Of a stretch of DNA of 64,000 bases, positions 9,052 to 19,516 are shown in pieces. The notes below the pieces were generated by a model that worked only from the letters and a program-made list of their open reading frames with translations, ran no database searches and was not told where the DNA came from. Where the stretch lies: positions 34,299 through 98,298 of the forward strand of contig CAWFQC010000031.1 of assembly GCA_963817645.1 (NCBI GenBank), read 5' to 3'. The stretch's first letter is position 1; every line of letters starts with the position of its first letter. The translations under genes and the position numbers were made by a program. Source of the DNA: an uncultured Gammaproteobacteria bacterium. Lineage in GTDB: Bacteria; Pseudomonadota; Gammaproteobacteria; UBA6002.

Positions 9052-11982
9052 ATGGCTATTAAAAAGAGTGCACTCTACAGCTCTCTGTGGAAAAGTTGCG
9101 ATGAATTAAGAGATGGCATGGATGCATCGCAATATAAAGACTACGTGTTAGTACTTTTGTTTGTTAAATATGTTTCTGATAAATACGCCAGCAAAGCTAA
9201 TGCAGCAATCGATGTGCCTCCTGGCGGTAGTTTCAAAGACATGATCGCACTCAAGGGGCAAAAGGATATTGGTGATGCAATAAACAAAATCATTAGCAAA
9301 TTAGCTGAAGCTAATGACCTGAAAGGCGTGATTGATGTAGCTGATTTTAATAATTCAGATAAGTTAGGTAGAGGCAAGGAAATGCAAGACCGCCTCACTA
9401 AATTGATCGGTATATTTGAGAATCCTGCGTTAAACTTTAGCAAGAATGGCGCAGATGGTGATGATCTTTTGGGGGATGCATACGAATATCTTATGCGTCA
9501 CTTTGCGACTGAATCAGGAAAAAGCAAAGGCCAGTTTTATACGCCAGCAGAAGTTTCACGAATTATGGCAAAATTGATTGGTGTTGCAAATGCAAAAAGC
9601 CAGGATCAAACCATTTATGATCCAACTTGTGGGAGCGGCTCATTGCTACTTAAGGCTGCTCATGAGGCTCCACGCGGCATTACTATTTATGGGCAAGAAT
9701 TGGATAATGCTACGCGCACACTAGCTAAAATGAATATGATTTTGCATGGCCATCCTACTGCTGACATATGGCAGGGTAATTCACTATCTTTGCCACACTG
9801 GAAAGATCAGAATGGAAATCTAAAACAATTTGATTTTGTTGTAGCCAATCCTCCATTTTCAACGAAATCTTGGAGCAATGGCTTTGATCCTTTTCATGAT
9901 GAGTATGAACGTTTTGTTGATGGTGTACCACCGATCAAGAATGGTGATTATGCCTTCATGTTGCATATAATCCGTTCATTGAAAAGTACTGGTAAGGGAG
10001 CAGTTATTTTACCTCACGGTGTATTGTTTCGCGGAAATGTTGAAGGTCAGATACGTAAAAATGTAATTAAAAAAGGTTATATCAAAGGTATTATATCTTT
10101 ACCCGCTAATCTTTTTTATGGCACGGGTATTCCGGCCTGTATTATTGTGATTGATAAAGAAGATGCTGCAAATCATAAAAGCCTTTTCATGATCGATGCT
10201 AGCAAAGGGTTCATTAAAGATGGCAATAAAAATCGTTTGCGTGATCAAGATATTCACAGAATCGTTGATGTATTCACTAGACAAATTGACATACCCAAAT
10301 ATGCTCGCATGGTGAGTCAGGAAGAAATCCAGAAAAATGATTATAACCTTAACATTCCACGTTATATTGACAGTAGTGAAGAGGAGGATATCCAAGATAT
10401 TGAAGCACATTTATTAGGAGGGATTCCTAACCGCGATATCGACAATCTGGAAGGTTATTGGCGAGTTTATCCTTCACTTAAAAGTGAATTATTTAGTCCT
10501 AGCGATAGATCAGGCTATAGCCAAATAAAAGTTGATCCAACTAAAATAAAGTCGACAATCTATTCGCATCCAGAATTCATTGCCTACGCAAAAAAAATAG
10601 ATAGAGTTTTCAATGATTGGCAATCACGTGAAGTTGCCACGCTCAAAAAAATTGCTATAGGCACGCATCCACCAACTTTGATTGAAACGTTGTCAGATGG
10701 ATTGCTACAGGCGTTTTCGAATGTTCAACTCATCGATAAGTATGATGTCTATCAACATTTAATGACATATTGGTCAGACAGTATGCAAGATGACGTGCAC
10801 ATGATAGTAACAGATGGCTGGCAAGCAAATAACGAACTGATCCCAAATGACATTTTCATTCAACAGTATTTTTCATTGGAACAAAAATTAATCGAGAAGT
10901 TGGAATCCGATAAAGAATCAATCGCTCGACAGAAAGAAGAACTAGAAGAAGAGCATGGTGGTGAAGAAGGGATGCTAGAAGAGTTAAAGTCTGATAAAGG
11001 CAAAATCAGCAAAGGTAGTGTCCAAGCACGCATCAAGGTCTTAAAACATGAGCAAGATTCAAATGAAGATCTAAAAGTTTTAAATGAATACCTTTCACTC
11101 ATCAATCAAGAATCAGAAGTAAACAAAAAAATAAAAGATGTAACGATTGCATTAGAAAGAAAAATTATTGTGAAACATAAAGCATTATCTCAGGACGAAG
11201 TGAAAAACTCGGTCGTAGAAGTTAAATGGATGAATGCGATTTATAACACCATAAGAACAGAAATGAATCGAATCTCACAAGCTCTCACGCAGCGTATTAA
11301 AGAATTGGTAGAACGCTATGATAGACCTATGCCTGAATTACAGGCTGTGCAGCAACTGCTTACTGGCAAAAAACGTCTGCCTGGATTTTCTGAGCAATGG
11401 GAAGTAAAAAAATTAGGAGATTTAACATTTGTAACTTCTGGAGGAACTCCAAATACATTCATTAATGCTTATTGGGGCGGAGAAATTAAATGGATGAATT
11501 CAGGAGAGTTGAATTTGAAGAAAATTTATGATGTTGAAGGACGTATAACAGAAATTGGCTTAAAAAATTCTAGCACAAAATTAATTCCACAGAATTGTAT
11601 TTTGGTTAGCCTTGCAGGACAAGGAAAAACGAGAGGGACTGTTGCGATTAATTATATTGAACTATGTACAAATCAATCCATTGCAGCAGTTTTTCCATCT
11701 AAAATTTTTGTGTCCGAATATTTATATTACGATTTAGACTTCCGTTATGAAGAGCTAAGAGCACTATCAACAGGTGAAGGTGGGCGAGGTGGACTTAATC
11801 TTCGGATTCTTAATTCATTAGAAATACGTCTTCCACCATTTTCCGAACAACAGGCCATCGCTAAAATTTTTAGCGACATGGATGCTGAAATCGAGCGTTT
11901 GGAGCAACAACGGAATAAAGCAAAGCTAATCAAACAAGGCATGATGCAAGAACTCTTAACGGGCAAGACGAGATTGATATGA
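9052..11982 (+). CDS. hsdM: Type I restriction-modification methyltransferase HsdM fused to a single-TRD (half) HsdS specificity module
   Basis: HsdM_N-like LWKSCDELRDGMDASQYKDYVLVLLFVKYVSDKY. SAM site YDPTCGSGSLL. Catalytic VANPPFS. Charged coiled-coil region ~aa 600-770. TRD ~aa 775-930 (GGTPNT...YWGGEIKWMNSGEL...TNQSIAAV). Conserved HsdS tail LPPFSEQQAIAKIFSDMDAEIERLEQQ. The ORF is uninterrupted over 976 codons. Confidence 0.85.
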   Translation: MAIKKSALYSSLWKSCDELRDGMDASQYKDYVLVLLFVKYVSDKYASKANAAIDVPPGGSFKDMIALKGQKDIGDAINKIISKLAEANDLKGVIDVADFNNSDKLGRGKEMQDRLTKLIGIFENPALNFSKNGADGDDLLGDAYEYLMRHFATESGKSKGQFYTPAEVSRIMAKLIGVANAKSQDQTIYDPTCGSGSLLLKAAHEAPRGITIYGQELDNATRTLAKMNMILHGHPTADIWQGNSLSLPHWKDQNGNLKQFDFVVANPPFSTKSWSNGFDPFHDEYERFVDGVPPIKNGDYAFMLHIIRSLKSTGKGAVILPHGVLFRGNVEGQIRKNVIKKGYIKGIISLPANLFYGTGIPACIIVIDKEDAANHKSLFMIDASKGFIKDGNKNRLRDQDIHRIVDVFTRQIDIPKYARMVSQEEIQKNDYNLNIPRYIDSSEEEDIQDIEAHLLGGIPNRDIDNLEGYWRVYPSLKSELFSPSDRSGYSQIKVDPTKIKSTIYSHPEFIAYAKKIDRVFNDWQSREVATLKKIAIGTHPPTLIETLSDGLLQAFSNVQLIDKYDVYQHLMTYWSDSMQDDVHMIVTDGWQANNELIPNDIFIQQYFSLEQKLIEKLESDKESIARQKEELEEEHGGEEGMLEELKSDKGKISKGSVQARIKVLKHEQDSNEDLKVLNEYLSLINQESEVNKKIKDVTIALERKIIVKHKALSQDEVKNSVVEVKWMNAIYNTIRTEMNRISQALTQRIKELVERYDRPMPELQAVQQLLTGKKRLPGFSEQWEVKKLGDLTFVTSGGTPNTFINAYWGGEIKWMNSGELNLKKIYDVEGRITEIGLKNSSTKLIPQNCILVSLAGQGKTRGTVAINYIELCTNQSIAAVFPSKIFVSEYLYYDLDFRYEELRALSTGEGGRGGLNLRILNSLEIRLPPFSEQQAIAKIFSDMDAEIERLEQQRNKAKLIKQGMMQELLTGKTRLI

Positions 11983-14900
11983 GCAAAGTCGGGGAAATAG
12001 AAAGAAAGACTCAAACTCGAATTATACAGCTCTTGCAAAATAAATTTGGGTATGAATATCTAGGCAATTGGCATGATCGTGTCAATAACAGCAATATCGA
12101 AGAATCTATATTGCGATCATATTTAATAAAACAAAAGTATAGTGAAACATTAATCAATAAAACTCTTCATGAGCTCAACAAAATTGCTGGTGATCAAAGT
12201 AAAAGTTTGTATGACACAAATAAGGCGGTTTATGAGTTACTTCGCTATGGTATTAAAGTAAAAGAAGATATTGGCCAAAATTCAGAAACAATTTATTTAA
12301 TCGATTGGAAAAATCCACGTCAATAATCAATTCTCTATTGCAGAAGAGGTCACTATCAGCGGTGAAAATATCAAACGTCCTGATGTGGTTATTTATGTTA
12401 ATGGAATTGCTTTGGCCGTGTTAGAGCTTAAACGCTCAACGATTTCTGTCGCTGAAGGTATCCGCCAAAATTTGCTTAATCAAAATAAAAACTTTATTCA
12501 ATCTTTTTTCAATACTATCCAGTTGGTGATGGCCGGAAATAATACCGAAGGATTACGTTATGGTGTGATTGAAACAACGGAAAAATATTATCTCAATTGG
12601 AAAGAAGAAACTGTCGTTAATGATGGATCACAAAATATACTTGATAGGCAGCTTATACAACTTTTCGACAAAGCACGATTTTTAGAATTAATTCATAATT
12701 TTATTGTCTTTGATGCTGGCATCAAAAAAATCTGTCGACATAACCAATATTTTGGTGTCAAAGCTGCTCAAGAGCATGTTCGTAAAAAAGAAGGCGGTAT
12801 TATTTGGCATACCCAAGGGAGTGGGAAAAGCCTTACCATGATATGGTTAGCCAAATGGATTCGCGAAAACATAACTGATGCTCGTGTACTCATCATTACA
12901 GATCGAGATGAATTAGATAGATCAAATTAAAAGGTATTTCTTGGTGTAAATGAAAATATTTATCGTTGTAAAAGTGGTAAAGATTTAATAGAAAACCTCA
13001 ATCAATCCACTCCTCCATTATTGTGTTCATTGATTCATAAATTTGGCAAAAAAGAAGAATCAGATTACGAGGGCTTTCTTGCGGCTGTCGAAAGAAGTTT
13101 GCCGAAAAATTTTGTAGCGAAAGGTAATTTATTTGTATTTGTTGATGAGTGTCATCGTACTCAATCTGGTCTATTACATCAGGCAATGAAGAAAATTTTA
13201 CCCAATGCTATGTTTATTGGTTTTACTGGAACACCGCTGCTCAAAAAAGATAAGCAAAAAAGTATTGAAATATTTGGCGGTTATATTCATACCTATAAAT
13301 ATGATGAAGCAGTTAAAGATGGTGTCGTTCTCGATTTACGATATGAAGCTCGTGATATAGATCAAGCCATAACATCCCCAGAAAAAGTGGATCAATGGTT
13401 CACGGCAAAAACAAAGGGCTTAAATGATTATGCATTGACTCAACTCAAAAAGAAGTGGGGCACAATGCAGCGAGTCCTTAGTTCCCAATCACGCCTTGAA
13501 AAAATAGTTGCTGATATTTTGTTGGATATGGAAACAAAAGATAGATTGAGCAGTGGTCGTGGCAATGCAATGTTAGTTGCGGGCAGTATTTACCAAGCTT
13601 GTAAATTTTATGAATTATTTATCAAGTCAGGGTTCCTGAAATGCGCCATTGTGACCTCTTATGTGCCTTCTACATCAGATATAAGAACAGAAGAAACAGG
13701 CGAAGGGGTAACTGGAAAATTAAGGCAATATGAAATCTATCAAAGCATGTTGAATGGCAGGAATATTGAAGAATTTGAAAAAGAAGTTAAGAGGAAATTT
13801 ATCAAAGAGCCTGGCCAGATGAAGCTCTTAATTGTCGTCGATAAACTATTAACTGGCTTTGATGCTCCACCAGCAACATATCTCTATATTGATAAAAATA
13901 TGCAGGACCATGGATTATTTCAGGCTATTTGCCGTGTAAATCGATTGGATGATGTTGATAAGGAGTTTGGTTACATTATCGATTATAAAGATCTTTTCCC
14001 AAGATTAGAAAATTCGGTTCAGGATTATACGGCAGGTGCATTAGCTGATTATGATAAAGAAGATGTGGCTGGTTTATTGAGTGATCGCATTAAAAAAAGC
14101 AAGAGAGCATCTTAGAAGAATGTCTTGAATGCATTAATGCGTTATGTGAGCCAGTTGCTTACCGCGAAAGATAGTTTGGCCTATATACATTATTTTTGCG
14201 GAAAGGATACATCGAACAAAGATGAGTTAAAGAATAATGAACAAAAGCGCATAACTCTGTATAAGCAAACCTCTCAATTGCTTCGCGCGTTTGCTAGTAT
14301 TGCAAATGAGTATGATAAAGCTGGTTTTTCCCATCAGGAATTTGCGAAAATTAAAAATGAAGTTGACCATTATGAGAATGTTCGAGCTGAAGTGAAGTTA
14401 GCCAGCGGTGATTATATTGATCTGAAAGTTTATGAACCCGCTATGCGCCATTTAATTGACACTTATATTCATGCTGAAGAAAGTGTAAAGATATTCTGCT
14501 TTTGATGATTTGTCGCTTGTTGAGCTAATCATCGAGCGTGGTGTGGATGCAATTCAAGAATTACCTGAGAATATTAAGAGAAAATGAAGAGGCAGTTGCA
14601 GAAACAATCGAAAATAATATAAGAAAAGTTATTATCGATGAGCAGCCAATTAATCCAAAATATTATGAAAACATGTCTATACTATTCGACGAACTGATAA
14701 AGCAGCGAAAGGTAGGCGCGCTATCTTATAAGGCCTATCTAGAAAAAATTGTTAAGTTTAGCAAGCAAGTTAAGAATCCTGGCTCTAGCATAGAATACCC
14801 TGCATCGATGGACACTTCATCGCAAAGCGTGCATTATATGATAATCTAGAAAAGAATGAGAAATTGGTTGTTGAGCTAGATAGTGAGATAAACTATACCA

Positions 14901-15025
14901 AAAAAGATAGTTGGAGAGGAAATAAAATCAAAGAACGTGAAGTTATTTATGCAATAAAGAAACATGTTTTTGAAGATGATGTGGAGCGCATTTTTGAGAT
15001 TGTAAAAAATCAAAAGGATTATTGA
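11979..15025 (+). pseudogene. hsdR: Type I restriction subunit HsdR, disrupted by multiple frameshifts and an in-frame stop
   Basis: Five ORF pieces carry the HsdR motifs in order: nuclease RPDVVIYVNGIALAVLELK, motif I HTQGSGKSLTM, DEAH-box FVDECHRTQ, FTGTP, LLTGFDAP, QAICRVNR. Lesions are a frameshift near 12316, an in-frame TAA at 12928, and frameshifts near 14095, 14113, 14160, 14490, 14580 and 14822. Confidence 0.85.
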
Positions 15026-15026
15026 T

Positions 15027-15743
15027 ATGCATCAAGTTGTTATAAATGACATCATTATTGATGTTGTGCGCAAGGATATCAAAAATTTACATCTCGCTGT
15101 TTATCCGCCTCTGGGTAGAGTTAGAATCGCTGCTCCTAAGAAGATGGATAATGATGCTATTAGGCTTTTTGTGATTTCGAAGCTGCCTTGGATTAAAAAA
15201 CATAAAATAAAATTCAAAGAACAGGTTCGTCAATTACCTCGTGAGTATGTTTCTGGAGAAAGTCATTATTTTCAAGGCAAACGTTATCTTTTGAACGTTA
15301 TTTATGCTGAGGGTATTAATCGAGTAAGTCTGCGTAATAAAACCTATATTGATTTGTTTCTTGATAAAGATAGTAGTTTAGAACAGCGGCATCAACTTAT
15401 GACCGAGTGGTATCGGAACCAAATGAAAGTACAAATGTTACCCATTATCAGGAAATGGCAAAAGAAGATTGGCTTGAGTGCGGATGAATATCGCATAAAG
15501 CAAATGAAAACTAAATGGGGAAGCTGCAGTATTAATTCAAAGCGAATTTGGCTTAATTTAGAACTGATTAAAAAGCCACAACACTGTATGGAGTATATAA
15601 TAGTTCACGAGTTAGTTCATTTTTTAGAGCGGCGACATAATGACCGTTTTATTGCATATATGGACAAATTTATGCCGCAATGGCATATATATCGAGATGA
15701 ACTAAATTGCTTTGCATTGAATCATGCTCATTGGAAGTACTAG
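15027..15743 (+). CDS. M48/DUF45 (YgjP-like) zinc metallopeptidase
   Basis: HExxH motif in IIVHELVHFLERRHNDRF. The ATG lies 1 nt after the hsdR stop. Confidence 0.8.
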   Translation: MHQVVINDIIIDVVRKDIKNLHLAVYPPLGRVRIAAPKKMDNDAIRLFVISKLPWIKKHKIKFKEQVRQLPREYVSGESHYFQGKRYLLNVIYAEGINRVSLRNKTYIDLFLDKDSSLEQRHQLMTEWYRNQMKVQMLPIIRKWQKKIGLSADEYRIKQMKTKWGSCSINSKRIWLNLELIKKPQHCMEYIIVHELVHFLERRHNDRFIAYMDKFMPQWHIYRDELNCFALNHAHWKY

Positions 15744-15764
15744 TTAGAAAAATTTCAAAATATA

Positions 15765-17306
15765 GTGGAGAAAAATACCTCTCCGAATGAGGTCAAAGCC
15801 ACTTATTGTTATTTCAATCATTCTCAGGCGGTTGTTAATGAATATAATCCACAAATAAAAGGATACAAAGAAGCTATTGTAACAATTGATGCTAGTCTAT
15901 CTTTTGAGGAAATCTTAAAACAAGTAAAGAAGCATATTCAAAATAAGCAAAAGGAATATGCGAGTTTTGAACTTACATCAAAGAAAAGTTTGTTACAAAT
16001 AAACTCAGCTTTGTTTTTACCAAAAATAATCTTTGCCGAAACACACGATGATCCGATCACCGCTCAAATCCTTAAAAAATTAACCCCTAGGCTGAAAGAA
16101 TTAGGATATCGCTATTTTTATGAAGAGATGGATATAGAAACTAAAATTGAAACATTAATAAATGGAAACAAACAGCGTCTAAGCGATTATGAAACTTTAA
16201 ATCAGGAATTTTTGTCTTGTGGTTTTAATAAAACAATAGAAAAAGCATCCAAAACTGAGATACGTATTTTTTGTACGATGCGAATGATGGGTTTCAAAGG
16301 GTATACAACTCAATATTCAAAATCACTTCCGCCTGACGAACAAGATCCGGGCGTTCCTGCTGACATCCTTGCAAAGGATAACCCTTCTGTGACCTCCGAA
16401 CATTTTATGAGGAATCTAACTATATTTAGCAATGAAGTGTGGCATATCATAAAAATTCACCCATCGATTAAACCCTATTTAGAATTTTATGAAAATCTCT
16501 TAGAGAATAATATCTCTTTTCAAGGAACTGATTGTCACAATCAAAGCGGTGTTTTATTTGCTATAGATAAAATGGAAGAAAGAGACAAGTTTACTGCTAA
16601 GCGTTACTTGAACTCTAAAGATCCATTTTTTGCTAGAATAGGAAGGGCGCATGCACCAGGTATTCAAAAGGAAGTTTCCAAAATTATTCCAATAAACATT
16701 GCGAATATATCATATTCTTTTTATCACATCTTCCGAGCTTCTGACTTATTTGCCTTGGAAATATCAGGTAAGGTGATAAACCCACTAATTATTGATGGAA
16801 GGACAATGTCTGACGATGAGATAATAGAATTAATCTATAAAGATATTCTAGATAAGAAATTGATGCTTGAGGAACATCATCAGACGACAATAAAAGAAAA
16901 GCTATTATGCCACGCTTGTGCCTTTGGAAAGCTAGATCAGGTAGAAGAATTAATCCTGAGAGAAAAAGTGAATATTGATTGCTGTGATGAATTAGGCAGG
17001 AATCCATTACACTATAGTGTAATGCGTACTGAGTTAGTTGAAGATTTAATAAAGTCACAAAAACAAAATCTGATTGCAGATGAATGCACTAGGAATCATT
17101 CCAAAGTTTTTGAATTTTTACTCGAGAATGGTGGTGATATTACTAAAGAAAATTGCAATAATAATACCCCGCAGAAAATTTTGATACGTGATTCCTTTAA
17201 AGAAGATTTAACTGGTGAACAAGCTAAAGAAATGTTATTAATACTTAAAAAGTATACAAGTTCGCATAAAATAACTGAAACAATTGAAATATCTCCTAAG
17301 ATGTAA
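15765..17306 (+). CDS. Effector-like protein with an N-terminal erythromycin-esterase/ChaN/Tiki-like domain (tentative) and C-terminal ankyrin repeats
   Basis: IIFAETHDDPITAQILKKLTPRLKELGYRYFYEEMD and ARIGRAHAPGIQ. ANK-like GKLDQVEELILREKVNIDCCDELGRNPLHYSV and FEFLLENGGDITKENCNNNTP. A non-ATG (GTG) start is implied by the ORF track. Confidence 0.7.
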   Translation: MEKNTSPNEVKATYCYFNHSQAVVNEYNPQIKGYKEAIVTIDASLSFEEILKQVKKHIQNKQKEYASFELTSKKSLLQINSALFLPKIIFAETHDDPITAQILKKLTPRLKELGYRYFYEEMDIETKIETLINGNKQRLSDYETLNQEFLSCGFNKTIEKASKTEIRIFCTMRMMGFKGYTTQYSKSLPPDEQDPGVPADILAKDNPSVTSEHFMRNLTIFSNEVWHIIKIHPSIKPYLEFYENLLENNISFQGTDCHNQSGVLFAIDKMEERDKFTAKRYLNSKDPFFARIGRAHAPGIQKEVSKIIPINIANISYSFYHIFRASDLFALEISGKVINPLIIDGRTMSDDEIIELIYKDILDKKLMLEEHHQTTIKEKLLCHACAFGKLDQVEELILREKVNIDCCDELGRNPLHYSVMRTELVEDLIKSQKQNLIADECTRNHSKVFEFLLENGGDITKENCNNNTPQKILIRDSFKEDLTGEQAKEMLLILKKYTSSHKITETIEISPKM

Positions 17307-17511
17307 ATATCTATAGTGGACACCCATTTAGATCGAACCTTATGGTTAAAAAGCATTTTATCTAAACCCTCACAGAAGTAAATCTTACAAATATCCAGGA
17401 GCCATTCGCCGAAATCTTCTCAATGTAAAGCTAAATTATTTCTAAAATTTTCTTTAGCATTCTCATAGCGTTATTTTCTTATTAAATTTATATCTTAATG
17501 TGGTTTTAAAT

Positions 17512-18324
17512 TCAGAATTTTATACCAGCTACTTGGCAGCTTGCATAGAAACCAACAATTTGTGAATCGTTATTCACAATGTTTTCTGTTTCTTTTCCTA
17601 ATGAATTCCATTCTTCTTCAGTATGTCCTTGCTCTAAGTAATGCCTTTTAAGTTCATCTCTTCCTAGTAATAAAAGATTTTTTTCCATTCTAGTTGTAAG
17701 GATAGGATGGATGATTTTTGTATAGATATTACTAAAACCGGCCGAATGCATCTTATTAAACATTTTTATGCCAATATTCCCATCTCTTTGGTCTTGTGGT
17801 GCATCTTGCCAAACGGGTGGAACACGAAGAGTTTCATCGCCCCAGGCTGGTGAAAATGGATAAGAAAATGCGTAATTAACAATACCTTCTTCTGAAGCAT
17901 ATATGCCTTTTGAATTTAAAGACTGAAAAATTTTAGCAATTACATCCTCTGGTTTATATAAATGATGCAAAACAAAGCGGCAGTAAACAAAATCAAATTT
18001 TTCGTTAAGTGTCTCTATCTCATAAGCAGAGCAAAGTTTAAATGTAATATTATTAATAGACTGCTTTTCAGCGTTTCTTTTTGCTGCATTCAATTGGTTG
18101 ATGTCATTCTCAATTGCGACAATTTTAGCATGAATACCAACTTGCTTTGCAATCCAACAAGTCATCCCACCTGAACCACAACCAATATCAAGGATAGATT
18201 TGGCTTTTTTAATCCCTGTTTGAAGTAAAAATTCTTTTGTGGTTTGATTAAAGCAGTAATCAAGTTTTTCCAAACCTTCTGATCCCTGCTCCCCGATTTC
18301 AACAATATATTTTTCGTTGCTCAT
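17512..18324 (-). CDS. Class I SAM-dependent methyltransferase
   Basis: Motif I ILDIGCGSGGMT; post-I VAIENDINQ; motif II FDFVYCRFVLHHL. Confidence 0.8.
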   Translation of the reverse strand: MSNEKYIVEIGEQGSEGLEKLDYCFNQTTKEFLLQTGIKKAKSILDIGCGSGGMTCWIAKQVGIHAKIVAIENDINQLNAAKRNAEKQSINNITFKLCSAYEIETLNEKFDFVYCRFVLHHLYKPEDVIAKIFQSLNSKGIYASEEGIVNYAFSYPFSPAWGDETLRVPPVWQDAPQDQRDGNIGIKMFNKMHSAGFSNIYTKIIHPILTTRMEKNLLLLGRDELKRHYLEQGHTEEEWNSLGKETENIVNNDSQIVGFYASCQVAGIKF

Positions 18325-18417
18325 AAGATCTTGAGACTCCTAAGTTTTCTAATACTTACTTCGCTTCTTAGTTAGCAATAGTCAGCTACTAGAATCCTAA
18401 TTTTTCAGTTTTATCAA

Positions 18418-18867
18418 TTAATTCTGCATTTTATATTTTAAAAGTGGTGAATAACGTTTTGGCAACAATGGAGCTTGGCGAAAACCAATCTTGACACACC
18501 CCATTTTCAGATAAAAATTTTCTGCATTAGGCTCGCTCCAGAGAATAAATTTATCTTTTCCAAGTTCTTTTGCCGTTTGGCAGCAAGCATTCCATAATTT
18601 ACGTCCTATCCCTTGTCCGATGTAATCGGGGTGTAGGAAGAAATTGTCAAGTTCAAGCAAGCCGTCATCATTAATGATAAAGTTAAAGAAACCAGCTAGC
18701 CTATCGTCAATCTTAAATAGCTTTATAGTGTGTTTATCTATGTAAGTAGTAGTAATACCTAACTTTTTGATAAAGCTATCAAGAAACTCATCATCATAAC
18801 CCCAATATCCTTTTGATATACGCAAGAGATGATTTATCTCATTAAAGATCTTTAAGTCTTGCCTCAT
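18418..18867 (-). CDS. GNAT-family N-acetyltransferase
   Basis: Acetyl-CoA binding motif FFLHPDYIGQGIGRKLW...FYLKMGC. Confidence 0.75.
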   Translation of the reverse strand: MRQDLKIFNEINHLLRISKGYWGYDDEFLDSFIKKLGITTTYIDKHTIKLFKIDDRLAGFFNFIINDDGLLELDNFFLHPDYIGQGIGRKLWNACCQTAKELGKDKFILWSEPNAENFYLKMGCVKIGFRQAPLLPKRYSPLLKYKMQN

Positions 18868-18907
18868 TAATGATTATTTCTATAAAATTACCCGAACAAT
18901 GTTGAAA

Positions 18908-19191
18908 ATTCGTCCTTCTTCATCACGGATGAAAAAGGCAAAAAAATCAAGTAAATAAATCAATACCAATTAACTCTTTTGGCTTAAAATTATTAAATAA
19001 TGAGTGATCATAGTTTATTATGCCTTCGGGAAGATGATCTGTCACGTGATAAAGTTGGATGTGTCCAACAGGATTATCATAATCCCAAATAATAAAACTT
19101 AGAATCGATTCATCATTTATTTTTGGTAGATATTTATTTTGAATCATCTTAAACATATATTTTTCATTTTTTGCATACCATTTTAAAACAT
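18908..19191 (-). pseudogene. Relic of the tandem GNAT pair found intact at 37894-38861. It is a deletion fusion of the two genes.
   Basis: 18908-18952 aligns with 38177-38221 and 18953-19191 aligns with 38544-~38781, which implies a ~322-bp internal deletion. ORF 18947-19255 retains only the core VLKWYAKNEKYMFKMIQNKYLP...IGIDLF. Confidence 0.7.
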
Positions 19192-19516
19192 TTATATTAT
19201 TGTGATTATCCCTCGATTCGAACATGCTGGCGGTGGCAAGGACCATCCTTATCAAGACCTATGAAATCTTAAGTCTTGTTTATGCGCATTTTCTCAATTA
19301 TCAAAGCATTAACCATATGTCAAAATGGTTTAAAATATTTTAGTTTTAATTGAAACTTTTCAGTAAGTTTATTAGTATTCTGCTCTGTTTCATGTTATAC
19401 TGACACATCCTTTCTGACTTAAAAATTTGAAATGCTTTTATGAGCAACATCATGCGCTTTATCTATAAGCGGTTTCTTGCAATTCTTAATATTCTAATCA
19501 AGAGGTAAAAATTATA

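Noticed and set aside
5707-11982. The extra hsdS fragment might indicate a phase-variable (shufflon-type) type I specificity system.
   Set aside because: The repeats are in direct rather than inverted orientation. The fragment retains only ~20 codons of an alternative TRD, and no recombinase gene is nearby.
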